Part shown: positions 8,809 to 18,441 of the stretch, in pieces
Layout: every line of letters begins with the position of its first letter
Position numbering within the stretch: the first letter of the stretch is position 1
Assembly (NCBI GenBank): GCA_918797485.1
Contig: CAKKNE010000001.1
Coordinates: forward strand, 2,542,001 to 2,606,000
Direction of reading: 5' to 3'
Source of the DNA: Pelagomonas calceolata
Lineage: Eukaryota
Length of the DNA: 64,000 bases
Position numbers and translations under genes: made by a program
The notes under the pieces: model-generated
What the model was told of the DNA's origin: nothing
The model's input: only the letters and a program-made list of their open reading frames with translations
The model's database searches: none

Positions 8809-11800
8809 TTAGTCGTCCTCGAACGAGTCGGAGTACTCGCCGTCGTCGCTCTCCTCCGCGGCCGCGGCGCCCTCGAAGTCGGCGATCATGGCGTCGAGGT
8901 CTAGGTCCGGCCGCGCCCCTTGCACCGCGGGGGGCCGCGCCGGCGAGGCGTCCTCGGCGAACTCCTCGTCGTCCTCGAAGTCGTAGATGTCGTCGCCGCT
9001 GCCGTCGTCCGCGACGCCCGGGACGGCGACGCCGGGCGGCTGCCACGCGCGCGCCGCCGGCGCCGCCGGCGTCGCGAAGGCGGCGGCGTCGTAGAGCGTC
9101 GACGACGTCGCCTCCTCGGCCGTCTGCTGGATCTGGGACGGGGGGTCGTGCTGCTCGAAGGTCTTGATCTTGAGCGGCGTGGCGCCGCCGGCGCTCGACG
9201 TGGCGACGCCGCCGATGGTCACGCGCCGCGCGCTCGCGCCGCGGTTCCGCGGGTCCGCGTCGCGCTTGATGATGCCGCCGGGGTGGCGCTTATCAGCGGT
9301 GCCGACGTAGACGTCCGTGTGCGTCGTGACGACGGGCCAGCAGGCCTCGACGTGGTCCCCGCCCCACTGGTCGAGCGGGCCGCTCAGGACCTCGTCGGTG
9401 TCGTAGACGTCCTGGGCGTCCAGGAACGCCGCCGCCGCCTCCGCGGTCGGGTACAATCCGTCCCGGACCAGCAGCGCCACGACCTCCTCCTTCGGGGCGC
9501 CGCCCGCGGCCAGCTCGACGTAGGCCTCCGGCCCCAAACGCCGCGTGCTGAACCCGAACTCCTGCAGCGGCTCGAAGTCGTAGTCGAACTCGTCCTCGAT
9601 GACGTCGCCCGCCAGCGTGCTCGGCTCCTCGAACTCCCGGCGCAGCAACTCCTCCGCCACGCCAGTTTCGTGGTCGCCGTCGTCGTAGGCAATATCGTAC
9701 CCTCGCGCGGTGACGGCCGAGACGATGCCCGAGTAGTACTTGGCCTTGCCCTGGAACCGCGCCTCGACGCGGTCGCCCACGGCGAAGAGGCGGTCGGGGC
9801 CGTCGCAGGGCTCCGCGACGTCGAGGATGGCCGCGACGGCGGCTGCCGGCTCGGCGGCGGCGAGAGGCTCTGGTTCAGGCGTCGCTACGGTGATCGGCTC
9901 CTCTGCGGCGTCCGGGCCCTCGCACGGCTCCACCACGTCGAGGAGGGCCGCCTCGACGCGTGCCGGCTCCGGAACTGCGACGGCGACCGGCTCCGGCTCA
10001 GGCTCAGGCGTCGCGATGGTGACGGGCTCTGGCTCCGCGGCATCCGGGCCCTCACAGGCCTCGACCACGTCAAGGACAGAGGCCTCGACGGGTGCTGCGA
10101 CCGGCTCCGGCTCTGGCGTCGCGACGGTGGCCGGCTCCTCTACGGCGTCCGGGCCCTCGCACATCTCGACCACGTCGAGGAGCGCCGCCTCGGCCGCCGG
10201 CGCCTCCGCGGCGGCCGGCTCCGGCGCGGCGGTGGCGGGGAGAGGCCGTCGGATGAGGTCCTCCGCGACGTTGGATTCGCGGTCTCCGTCGTCGTAGGCA
10301 ATGTCGTAGCCCGTGGCCGTGACGGCCGCGACGGCGCCCGCGTAGTACTTGGCCTTGCCCTCGAACCGCGCTTCGACGCGGTCGCCCACGGCAAACAGGC
10401 GATCCGGCCCGTCGCAGGCCTCCGCGTGGTCGAGAAGGGCCGCCTCGGCCGCCGCCGGCGCCTCGACGGCGGCCGGCTCCGGCGCGGCGGCGGGGAGCGG
10501 CGCCGGCGCCGGGTCCGGCCCGTCGGCGGCCTCGGCGACGTCCAGCAGCGCCGCCGGGGGACCGCGCGCCGCCGGCGCCGGCTCGACGTACGCGCGGATC
10601 AGCGCCGCGGCGACGTTCGACTCGCGATCCCCGTCGTCGTAGGCGACGTCGTAGCGGTCGCCGCCGGCGTGCCGCGCGACGGTCCCCGCGTACCACGTGT
10701 CCTTGCCCTCGAAGCGCGCCTCGACGCGGGCGCCGGCCGCGAAGGCCGGCGCGGCCGCCGCGTCCGGCGCGGCGGCGGCCTCGGCGACGTCGAGCGCCGC
10801 GGCGGGCGCCGGCGCCGGCTTTGCGGCAGGCGCCGGCTTCGGCGCCGGCTTCGCCACCGGCGCGACGGGCGCCGGCGCCGCCTTCGGCGCAGGCGCCGCC
10901 GCCTTCGCCACCGGCGCGACGGGCGCCGGCTTGGCCTTCGGCGCCTTCGCCGCCGCCGCCTCCTCGCGGAGCCGCGCGGCGGCCGCGCGCGCGGCGGACG
11001 CCGACCGCGACGCGCGCGTCGCCTCGGCCTTGGCCAGCTTCAGGGCCTGCTTGGCCTCGTCGCGCTCGCGGCGCAGCGCGGCCAGCTCCTCCTCGGCCTT
11101 CGCCGCCGCCTCGGCCTGCAGCTCGGCCTGGCCCTCGGCGCGGGCCCGCGCGAGCGCGGCCGCGTGGCCCTCCGACGCCTTCTGCAGCGCGGCGAGCTCC
11201 TGCCGCGCCGCGGCGAGCTCCTCCTCGCGCGCGGTGGCGGCGCGCAGGTCGTCCTCCCGCGCCGCCGCCTCGGCAGCGAGGGCCTCGGCCGCCTCCTCGC
11301 GCGCGGCGGCGAGGGCCTCCTCGTGGTCCGCGCGCAGGTCGTCGAGCGCCGCCTCGCGCGCCGCGTCGAGCTCGGCGCGCAGGGCCCCGAGCGCCGCGTC
11401 GTCGGTCGGCGCCTCCGCCGCCTCCCGGCGGGCGGCCTCGAGCGCGGCCGCGGCGTCACTCTTCGCGTGCTCCAGCGCCTCGGCGCCCTCCCGGCGGGCG
11501 GCGTCGAGGGCCTCGTCGCCCTGCGCCTTCGCCGCCTCGAGCTCGGCGCGCAACGCGTCGAGGGCCGTGCTGTTGGTGGCGAGGGCGTCCGCGGCCTCGC
11601 GCTCGGCCTTCTGTAGCGCCGCGGCGCCCTCCTTCCGCGCATCCTCCACGTCCTTCTCCGCCGCCGCGAGCCGCGCCCGCAGCGCGTCGACCGCCGCGCC
11701 GTCGGTCTGCGCCTTGGCCAGGGCCGCCGCGCCCTCCCGGCGGACCGCCTCGAGCTTCGTATCATGCTCGGCCAGCGCCCCGGCGTGCTCCGCCCGACAC

Positions 11801-12243
11801 TCATCGACGAGCTTCTCGGCCGCCTCGGCGCGCGCGACGAGCGCGGCCTCGTCGCCCTTGCGCCGCGCCTCCGCCACCACGCGATCGGCCTGCTCCTTTC
11901 GCAATGCGTCGAGCTCGCCCCGGAGCTTCGCGACCTCGGCCTCGGCCGCCCGCAGCTTCCGTTTGTCGCCCTTCTGCTGGCCGAGCAACCGGTCGCCGCC
12001 GCCGTCGCCCAAGAACCACCTCAAAAAACCCTGCAATAGCAACCGCGACCCCTGCCACTTCTGGATCCGCGCCGCCGCATCCTCCAATTCCTGGGGCGTC
12101 AGCGCCACGCCCAGCTCGTCGAGGAGTTGGGGCAGCTCCGCGAAGGACACGGCGCCCCGGCCCCGCTCGTCGAGGGCCTGCCACTTGTCGCGCCACAGCC
12201 GTTCGACGGCGTCGACGTCGCCGGCCTGCACAGCGACGGCCAT
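8809..12243 (-). CDS. Large protein: degenerate EF-hand, long coiled coil, three Tudor/Agenet-like domains and a novel short repeat
   Basis: WQALDERGRGAVSFAEL (EF-like) and an Ala/Glu coiled coil. G(A/D)RVEARFxGK..Y.G.V....YDxAYDDGD.E..V occurs three times. The first ATG is at 12243. Confidence 0.75.
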   Translation of the reverse strand: MAVAVQAGDVDAVERLWRDKWQALDERGRGAVSFAELPQLLDELGVALTPQELEDAAARIQKWQGSRLLLQGFLRWFLGDGGGDRLLGQQKGDKRKLRAAEAEVAKLRGELDALRKEQADRVVAEARRKGDEAALVARAEAAEKLVDECRAEHAGALAEHDTKLEAVRREGAAALAKAQTDGAAVDALRARLAAAEKDVEDARKEGAAALQKAEREAADALATNSTALDALRAELEAAKAQGDEALDAARREGAEALEHAKSDAAAALEAARREAAEAPTDDAALGALRAELDAAREAALDDLRADHEEALAAAREEAAEALAAEAAAREDDLRAATAREEELAAARQELAALQKASEGHAAALARARAEGQAELQAEAAAKAEEELAALRRERDEAKQALKLAKAEATRASRSASAARAAAARLREEAAAAKAPKAKPAPVAPVAKAAAPAPKAAPAPVAPVAKPAPKPAPAAKPAPAPAAALDVAEAAAAPDAAAAPAFAAGARVEARFEGKDTWYAGTVARHAGGDRYDVAYDDGDRESNVAAALIRAYVEPAPAARGPPAALLDVAEAADGPDPAPAPLPAAAPEPAAVEAPAAAEAALLDHAEACDGPDRLFAVGDRVEARFEGKAKYYAGAVAAVTATGYDIAYDDGDRESNVAEDLIRRPLPATAAPEPAAAEAPAAEAALLDVVEMCEGPDAVEEPATVATPEPEPVAAPVEASVLDVVEACEGPDAAEPEPVTIATPEPEPEPVAVAVPEPARVEAALLDVVEPCEGPDAAEEPITVATPEPEPLAAAEPAAAVAAILDVAEPCDGPDRLFAVGDRVEARFQGKAKYYSGIVSAVTARGYDIAYDDGDHETGVAEELLRREFEEPSTLAGDVIEDEFDYDFEPLQEFGFSTRRLGPEAYVELAAGGAPKEEVVALLVRDGLYPTAEAAAAFLDAQDVYDTDEVLSGPLDQWGGDHVEACWPVVTTHTDVYVGTADKRHPGGIIKRDADPRNRGASARRVTIGGVATSSAGGATPLKIKTFEQHDPPSQIQQTAEEATSSTLYDAAAFATPAAPAARAWQPPGVAVPGVADDGSGDDIYDFEDDEEFAEDASPARPPAVQGARPDLDLDAMIADFEGAAAAEESDDGEYSDSFEDD

Positions 12244-12503
12244 CCTGGTTTTGGCACCACGGGCAGCGCCGGCCGAGCTCGATGCCAACCACCAAAAAAA
12301 AAGGGGGCGGGCGTCGCCGCCTTTAGCCGTCCTCTGTATGATGGGGAGCGGTCGGGGGGCGTGGCTGACGCGTGAGAGGCCTTACCCTCCCAGCCCTAAG
12401 TATAGTACCATAACCATACACGTATGGTACCGCAGGTACCTCGTTCGACATCGACGCGGTGGGCACGAGATTGTCATCACCATCAGCAAACCGTTCGACG
12501 GCC

Positions 12504-13697
12504 ATGAAAGTCTACGCCATCAAGGGGAACGACGGCGAGCCCGGCTACTTGAAACAGAGCATGAAGCTGCCGAAGAGCTGGGCGGCGAAGCCGCTGCTCG
12601 AGGTCCTGGAGCTCTTCTGCGCGACGTACAACAAGAAGTTCCCGGATTCTCCAATCAGCAAGGACGACCACCACTTCGAGCGGCCCAGGGGTTCGACGCT
12701 GTTTCCGGACGACCAGGTCGGCGCGGCATTGACGGACTATTGCGACGTCTGGGTCGTGCCCGGCGCGGTCAAGTACAAGGGCCCGCCGCCGGGCACCGCG
12801 GCGGCGCTCGAGGCCGAGGAAAACCGATTGCGAGCCGAGGCCGAGGCCGAGGCCGCCCGTCGGACCGCGGAGGAAGAGGCGAAGCTCGCGGCGGAGGGCA
12901 AGCTCAAGGACCAGTGGCGCGTCAAGGTCAAATGCGTCGAGCTGGATCGAGGCGGCATGGACGTGAAATCGCAGTACAAGGTCGGGGATGCGGTGCAGGT
13001 GACGATCGAGCCGCACGCCACGGTCGGCATGCTGTCGAACCGCATCGGGCTGATCGTGGGGAGCCACCCGAAGCATCAATTTATCTACCACCCGCGCGAT
13101 CCGGAGGCCGTATTGGATCCCCTCGCGAAGCTCAAGGACGTCATGAGCGAGAAGGTCGTACTACTGTTGCACATCCGGATGCCGGACACGCGGAAAGTCA
13201 TCGAGGAGCTTTCGGACGACGAGGGCGTCGTCGGCGAGGAGGGGCCCTTCCCGGACGCGCCGGTCGAAGGGGAGTGCGTCGACGTGGCGAAGCGGGACAA
13301 GCTGATGGAGGAGTGCGCGACCAACCCCACGCTGGAAAACCTGTCGGCCTGCCTGGCCTGCGGCGGCGCGGCCGCCTCGACGCTGTGCAAGCGCGCGCAG
13401 CTCCTCCTGAAGGCGCAGCGGCCGCGGGCCGCCGCGCTGGACGCGTCGGCGGCGCTCGCGCTGAACCCGGACTCGGCGCGCGCCTACAAGATCCGGGGGC
13501 GCGCGCGGCGCCTCGCGGGCGACTACGAGGGCGCCGCGGCCGACTTCGGCCAGGCCCAGCGCATCGACTTCGACCCCGACGTGCGGCCGGACCTCGTCTA
13601 CTGCTCGACGCGGTCGGCGAAGATCCGGGCGATCAAGCTCGCCGAGGAGCACAACGCTGCGCTCGACGCGGCGAAGGCCGAAGGCGAGGCGCAGTAG
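12504..13697 (+). CDS. HIP/ST13-like TPR co-chaperone with N-terminal ubiquitin-like segments
   Basis: RAQLLLKAQRPRAAALDASAALALNPDSARAYKIRGRARRLAGDYEGAAADFGQAQRIDFD matches the Hsc70-interacting protein TPR. Ubl-like segment: VTIEPHATVGMLSNRIGLIVGSHPKHQFI. Confidence 0.7.
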   Translation: MKVYAIKGNDGEPGYLKQSMKLPKSWAAKPLLEVLELFCATYNKKFPDSPISKDDHHFERPRGSTLFPDDQVGAALTDYCDVWVVPGAVKYKGPPPGTAAALEAEENRLRAEAEAEAARRTAEEEAKLAAEGKLKDQWRVKVKCVELDRGGMDVKSQYKVGDAVQVTIEPHATVGMLSNRIGLIVGSHPKHQFIYHPRDPEAVLDPLAKLKDVMSEKVVLLLHIRMPDTRKVIEELSDDEGVVGEEGPFPDAPVEGECVDVAKRDKLMEECATNPTLENLSACLACGGAAASTLCKRAQLLLKAQRPRAAALDASAALALNPDSARAYKIRGRARRLAGDYEGAAADFGQAQRIDFDPDVRPDLVYCSTRSAKIRAIKLAEEHNAALDAAKAEGEAQ

Positions 13698-13808
13698 CCG
13701 CCGGCGGCGGGTAAGCTCTATCTTGTATCTACCGAGTCGCTCAACAAGACACGTTAAGGCGGGAGGGTGGGGGAGCTGCGAATTTCTCGGCTCGAAGGAG
13801 AGCTCGCA

Positions 13809-16307
13809 TCAGCCGCGGACGAGCGCGCCGATGGCCGAGGCGCTGCACGCGGCGCCGACGAGCTTGGCCTGGACGGCGCCGCCCCTGACGCGCGCGACCA
13901 TCGGCACCTCGGCCACGCCGTGGGCGCCGGCCTCGTCGTCGCTGTCGTCGTCGACGTCGACAGCCCTGACGGACCCGCCGCGCGCCGCGGCCGCCGCCTC
14001 CAGCGCCGCCTTGGCGAGCATGGACGGCTGCGACCACGCCGCGTAGTAGACCACAAACTCGCCCGGCGGCGGCGACGGCGCTCGGGGAGGCGTCTGCTGG
14101 GTCGCCTGGTAGAGCGTCGCCGGCTCCCTCGGCGCCTCCGCGACCACCGGAGACATCGTCGCCTGGTAGAGCGTCTCCGCCGGGGGCGGCGCCGGCGCCG
14201 CGTCGAGCAGGGGCCGCGACCCGTTGGCCACGACGAGCAGCAGGCTCCCCAGGTCCGCGAGCACGGCCACCCAGAGGGCCAAATCAAAGGCCAGCGCGCA
14301 GACGACGACCAGGGCCTTGACGCCCACCGCGATGCCGATGTTCTGCTTCACGAGCCGCGTGCACGTCCGGCCCAGGTCGATCGCCGCCGGCAGGAGCGCC
14401 ACGTCGTCGGTCATGAGCGCGACGTCCGCGGCGTCCACGGCCATGGCCGTGCCGCCGGCCCCCATGGCGACGCCCACGGACGCCGCGGCGAGCGCCGGCG
14501 CGTCGTTGACGCCGTCTCCGACGAAAAGGACGCCCGCGCCCCCTTCCCTGCACGCGTTCACGTAGGCCAGCTTGTCCGGCGGCGCGCACGAGGCCCGCAC
14601 GTCGACGCGCGCCGTGTCGATCTTCGTCGCCTCCAGGGCCGCGCGCGCCGCGGCGGGCGTGTCGCCGGTCAGCACCGCGACGCGCAGCCCCATGCCGAAC
14701 ATGGTCTGCAACGCGCGCGGCGTCTCGGCCCGCAGCGGGTCGACGATCGCCAGGCACAGCGACGGTATGTCATCGACGGCCACCCACACCAACGTCGCGC
14801 CGGGGTGTTTGGGCGCCCAATCTTCCGTGGTCACGCCGCAGAACGCGGCCTTGCCGACCTTCACGGCGCGGCCCTCGACCGTGCCGGCCATGCCCGCGCC
14901 GGCGACGACGTTCACGTCCCTGACGTCCTCGGCCAGGCTGCCGCCGCCCGCGACGTCCTCTCCCACACACCCGACGGCCTCGTTCACGACGGCCGCCGCC
15001 AGCGGGTGCGTGGACTTGGCCTCGAGCGACGCCGCCAGCCGCAGGGCATCTTTCCCAGAGGGCCCGCCCGCCGCGACGACGCGGCAGCGGCCCTGCGTGA
15101 GCGTGCCCGTCTTGTCGGCGCACACAATTGATACCTGGGCGAGCGCCTCGAGGGCGGACGCCGCCTTTACTAGTATACCGCGCCGCGCGCCCGCGCCGAT
15201 GGACGCGACGGCGGGCACGGGCGCCGCGAGCACGAGCGCGCACGGGCACGCGACGACCAGCAGCACGAGCGCCCGCTGCAAGGAGACGACGAGCGCGACA
15301 AGCATAGCGGCGACCAGCACGCCCGGCGTGAAGTACGCGGCGAACTCCTGGAGCACCTCCTGCGTGCGCGTCGACGAGGCCTGGGCCTCGTCGACGAGCC
15401 TCCGGAGCTCCGCGGCGGCGTCCTCTGCGCGCGTCGCCGAAACTTTAATTTTGACGAAGCCGTTCGTCGCGACCGTGCCCCCGGAGACGGACTCGCCCTT
15501 TGCCTTGTGGACGGGCAGCGGCTCGCCCGTCAGCGCCGACTCGTCGATTGCCGCCTTGCCGCTCACCACCACGCCGTCGCAGGGCACGCGCTCGCCGGCG
15601 CGCACGATGACGACGTCGCCCACGATTAGGGAATCGGCGTCGACGACCGTCCCGTCGCCCTTGGTGGCCCTGACCTGCGCGCCCTCGCTCGCCGACGCGT
15701 CCGCGAGCGCGTTCCGCACGCGCCGCAAGCATTCGGCCTCGGCGAAGCGCGCGAAGGCCGCCACGGCGCCGACCGTCGCGGCCTCGCCCGTGTCCTTCAG
15801 CGCGAGCGCGCCGAGGACCGCGCAGAGCATCAGCGCGTTCACGTCGAGCCGCTTCTGGAGCCACGCGCCGCGCACCGCGTCCCGGGCGAGGGGGACGGCC
15901 CCGCCGACGGCGACGACGACGAGGAGGCTTGGAATAACATAGCCCAGGGCCAGGCCGAGGAGTAACGCGGCGACGAACGCGAGCTCCTTGTAATCGACGG
16001 GCTCCTCAACGTTATCGGCGGCCTCGGGCGCGGCGGCCACGGACGCCCCGAGGTTGTGCTCGTTGAGGGCGTCGGCCAGGGCTTGCGCGCCCACGAGGTG
16101 GGGCCGGTGCGTCGCGTACGCGATGCGGCCGACGACGTTGACCGAGACCTTGTCGACGCCGGCGATGGCGTGCAGCGTCTTCTTCGCGAGCGTCGCCTCG
16201 GCCTCGCAGCAGGCGTTGTCGATGCGCAGGCGCGTGCGCACCGCCGCCTTGCCGCCGCCGCCGAGCTCGACGTCGCGGGTGAGCGGCGTCTTCTCGCCGG
16301 CGGCCAT
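13809..16307 (-). CDS. P1B-2 type (Zn/Cd) heavy-metal ATPase with C-terminal thioredoxin-like domain
   Basis: N-terminal CCxxE metal-binding domain (NACCEAE). Core motifs DESALTGE, ACPCAL, DKTGTLT, HP, GDGVNDAPAL. TM7 Lys (VGVKAL) and TM8 DxG (LADLG) are the P1B-2 signatures. Confidence 0.93.
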   Translation of the reverse strand: MAAGEKTPLTRDVELGGGGKAAVRTRLRIDNACCEAEATLAKKTLHAIAGVDKVSVNVVGRIAYATHRPHLVGAQALADALNEHNLGASVAAAPEAADNVEEPVDYKELAFVAALLLGLALGYVIPSLLVVVAVGGAVPLARDAVRGAWLQKRLDVNALMLCAVLGALALKDTGEAATVGAVAAFARFAEAECLRRVRNALADASASEGAQVRATKGDGTVVDADSLIVGDVVIVRAGERVPCDGVVVSGKAAIDESALTGEPLPVHKAKGESVSGGTVATNGFVKIKVSATRAEDAAAELRRLVDEAQASSTRTQEVLQEFAAYFTPGVLVAAMLVALVVSLQRALVLLVVACPCALVLAAPVPAVASIGAGARRGILVKAASALEALAQVSIVCADKTGTLTQGRCRVVAAGGPSGKDALRLAASLEAKSTHPLAAAVVNEAVGCVGEDVAGGGSLAEDVRDVNVVAGAGMAGTVEGRAVKVGKAAFCGVTTEDWAPKHPGATLVWVAVDDIPSLCLAIVDPLRAETPRALQTMFGMGLRVAVLTGDTPAAARAALEATKIDTARVDVRASCAPPDKLAYVNACREGGAGVLFVGDGVNDAPALAAASVGVAMGAGGTAMAVDAADVALMTDDVALLPAAIDLGRTCTRLVKQNIGIAVGVKALVVVCALAFDLALWVAVLADLGSLLLVVANGSRPLLDAAPAPPPAETLYQATMSPVVAEAPREPATLYQATQQTPPRAPSPPPGEFVVYYAAWSQPSMLAKAALEAAAAARGGSVRAVDVDDDSDDEAGAHGVAEVPMVARVRGGAVQAKLVGAACSASAIGALVRG

Positions 16308-16317
16308 GCTGACGGCT

Positions 16318-16383
16318 GCGGCTGCGCCTGTTGCTTATCGTGCTGCAACGGCGGCTGCGCCTGTTGCTTATCGTGCTGCAACG
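16318..16383. repeat. Perfect 33-bp tandem duplication just upstream of the ATPase start codon
   Basis: GCGGCTGCGCCTGTTGCTTATCGTGCTGCAACG at 16318-16350 and 16351-16383. Confidence 0.9.
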
Positions 16384-16610
16384 GCACCGCTGTCTACTAA
16401 AAATGTGAATGGCAGCGGCGCAAGAAGCTAGCAACACACCTACTAGTCCGGGCGGCCAGTTCCACATCCTGATGGGGGGCGTCCCGAAGAGGGGGGGGCG
16501 TGCGAGTCCCTGTGACTCAGCCCTTGCGTCCTAGTCCAGCCGGACGGGTGGGCCCGGGGGGAGCGGGAGGGGTACGGGGGACCCCGCGACGTAACTAGCC
16601 TGAGCCTGGG

Positions 16611-16817
16611 TGGTTGTTGCCGAGGTGCGCGGTGTCTCCCCCCCAGGGGCTCCGCCCACTAGTCCTAGCACCGTAACATCGAAAAACCGGGTGGTTGCCG
16701 AGGTGCTCGGAAGGAGGTATGCTGTTATGAACAACGCGCGGCGCTGCGCCCCGCCGCCGACGAATCGGCGACGCGCGGGGTCTCCCCCGCCCACTAGTCC
16801 TAGCTAGCACCGTGACA
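16611..16817 (+). repeat. Dispersed repeat family A: internally deleted copy (16611-16678) plus near-full copy (16693-16817)
   Basis: Shares AAGGAGGTAYGCTGTTATGAA, CGCCGAYGAATCGGCGACGCGCGG and CGCCCACTAGTCCTAG...CACCGTRACA with 35051-35191 and 45373-45512. Confidence 0.85.
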
Positions 16818-16903
16818 ATAATGCACACAGGAGATTACGAAGGAAGGAGCGACGGAAGGGGGTCATGGAGGACTTGCGGAAGATGCTTTTTTTGTCGCGA
16901 GGC

Positions 16904-18019
16904 TCAGAGCACGACGACGGCCTCGGGCGGGACGCTCGGCCACTCGACGGCCGTCGCGCGCGGCGCCGCCTCGGCCCGCGGCTTGCGCAGATCCCGGCGG
17001 TACACGACGCGCGCCGCCGCCGCGAGCACCGCCGCCGCGAAGCAGCAGCAGACGACGACTGTCGCGGCCATCGCGAAGACCAGGACCTGGACCGCCCGCC
17101 GCGTCGTCTTGTCGTCGCCGTCGTCGCCGTCGACGACGTCGGCGGGGAGATGGGTGTTGCACGCGTCCGGCAACGCGGAGACGCTCGCCGCGGTCATGAG
17201 CTGCCCCTCGAACCCGTCCTGGGCGTCGAGGCACGCGCACGCGTCCTGGCAGAAGCACTCGCCCCGGTCGTTCAGGTCGACGGCTGCCAGGCCGTCCGGA
17301 TGCGCCTCGACGCAGAAGGTCCAGCAGTCCTCCAGGGTCGCTGCCAGCCCCACGAGGTGGTCTAACTCCGACTTGCACCAGGTGCCCGTGGCGCCCCACT
17401 TGATCGTGTCCAGGACGCAGCAGAGCTTGCCGCCCCGCGAGGCCGCCCACTCGCTGGAGTCGTTCGAACACAGGTAATCGTCGCCGCAGCACCAGTCGTC
17501 GTCGCCGTCCTCGCAGTCGCCGTCGATGTCGCAGCATTCTGGAGAGGACCCGTCGGGGCACGTCCCCTCACACACGAGGCGCGTCTCGTCGGTCTCGCAC
17601 GCCGCGGGCAGGCCGTTCGCGAATTCCAACGAAGTCATCACGTAGTAGCCGCCCCCGTTCCCGGGATCCATGCACTCGCAGGCGTCCTGGCACGTGCACC
17701 AGTTGTTCGAGTCGAGGTCGATGGCCTTGAGGTTCGCGCCGTACAGCTCCGAACACAGCGTCCAGCACCCTTCTAAATCCGAGGCCATGCCCACATGATC
17801 GCCTAATGACGAGCGACAAGCCCCCGCATTAAAGTCCCAGTCCACAGAACGCGGCTCGCACGCGCCGACGCCGTCCAGGTCCCCGTCGATCAAGACGTAG
17901 CCGTCGCGACACGTCTTGCAGTCCGTTGAACTCGCAGACTTGCAGGTTTGGCAGGTCTCGGCGCACTGCGCGTCAACGCACGCGCCGAGGGCCCAAACGG
18001 CGAGGGCCCGGCGGCGCAT
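16904..18019 (-). CDS. Cysteine-rich type I membrane protein (furin-like repeat plus two copies of a Cys-rich module)
   Basis: Signal peptide MRRRALAVWALGACVDA; furin-like CAETCQTCK...CKTCRDGYVL; duplicated LExCWTxCxE......A.DL......C.CQDAC.C.D; C-terminal TM helix. Confidence 0.75.
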   Translation of the reverse strand: MRRRALAVWALGACVDAQCAETCQTCKSASSTDCKTCRDGYVLIDGDLDGVGACEPRSVDWDFNAGACRSSLGDHVGMASDLEGCWTLCSELYGANLKAIDLDSNNWCTCQDACECMDPGNGGGYYVMTSLEFANGLPAACETDETRLVCEGTCPDGSSPECCDIDGDCEDGDDDWCCGDDYLCSNDSSEWAASRGGKLCCVLDTIKWGATGTWCKSELDHLVGLAATLEDCWTFCVEAHPDGLAAVDLNDRGECFCQDACACLDAQDGFEGQLMTAASVSALPDACNTHLPADVVDGDDGDDKTTRRAVQVLVFAMAATVVVCCCFAAAVLAAAARVVYRRDLRKPRAEAAPRATAVEWPSVPPEAVVVL

Positions 18020-18441
18020 GGCTTTGGCGGCGGCCTCAAAATCGCTCTGTCTCAGGTCTGGTGCTGTTTGCGCCCGGGGCGCTTCCCGGGCCCCGCCCCT
18101 CGGGCCCCGCGCGGATCTTCCCAAGGGGGGGCTGCCCGACCGCTTCCCGCAAGTCGGGGCCGAGCCGGCGCGGCGCCTGCAGCGTCGTCTCACCTACCCG
18201 ACTCCGGGACACTTGACATTCCGCCGTACCGACACAGGGAGACGTTGGCTGGGGAGCTTTGCGGGCGAAGCGTCCCCAGAGACATCTGGACCCTGCATGG
18301 TCGGAAACGCGGCCGGCGACCCGGGCGCGTCGCCGCGGCCTCCGCCGCGACGACCGGACGACTCGCCCGAAGTCCCGCTTCGCCGCCTCGTCGCCCCCGA
18401 AGTGGAGCCCTCGGACGCGGCCGCTTACACGCATTCGATCT

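Noticed and set aside
10697..13714. Very long overlapping or antisense ORFs (this 1005-aa one, 8920-11616, 34918-37080, 59047-61611 and others)
   Set aside because: These are shadow ORFs expected at this GC content: Arg/Ala/Gly-rich, no domains, and opposite or out of frame to recognisable genes.
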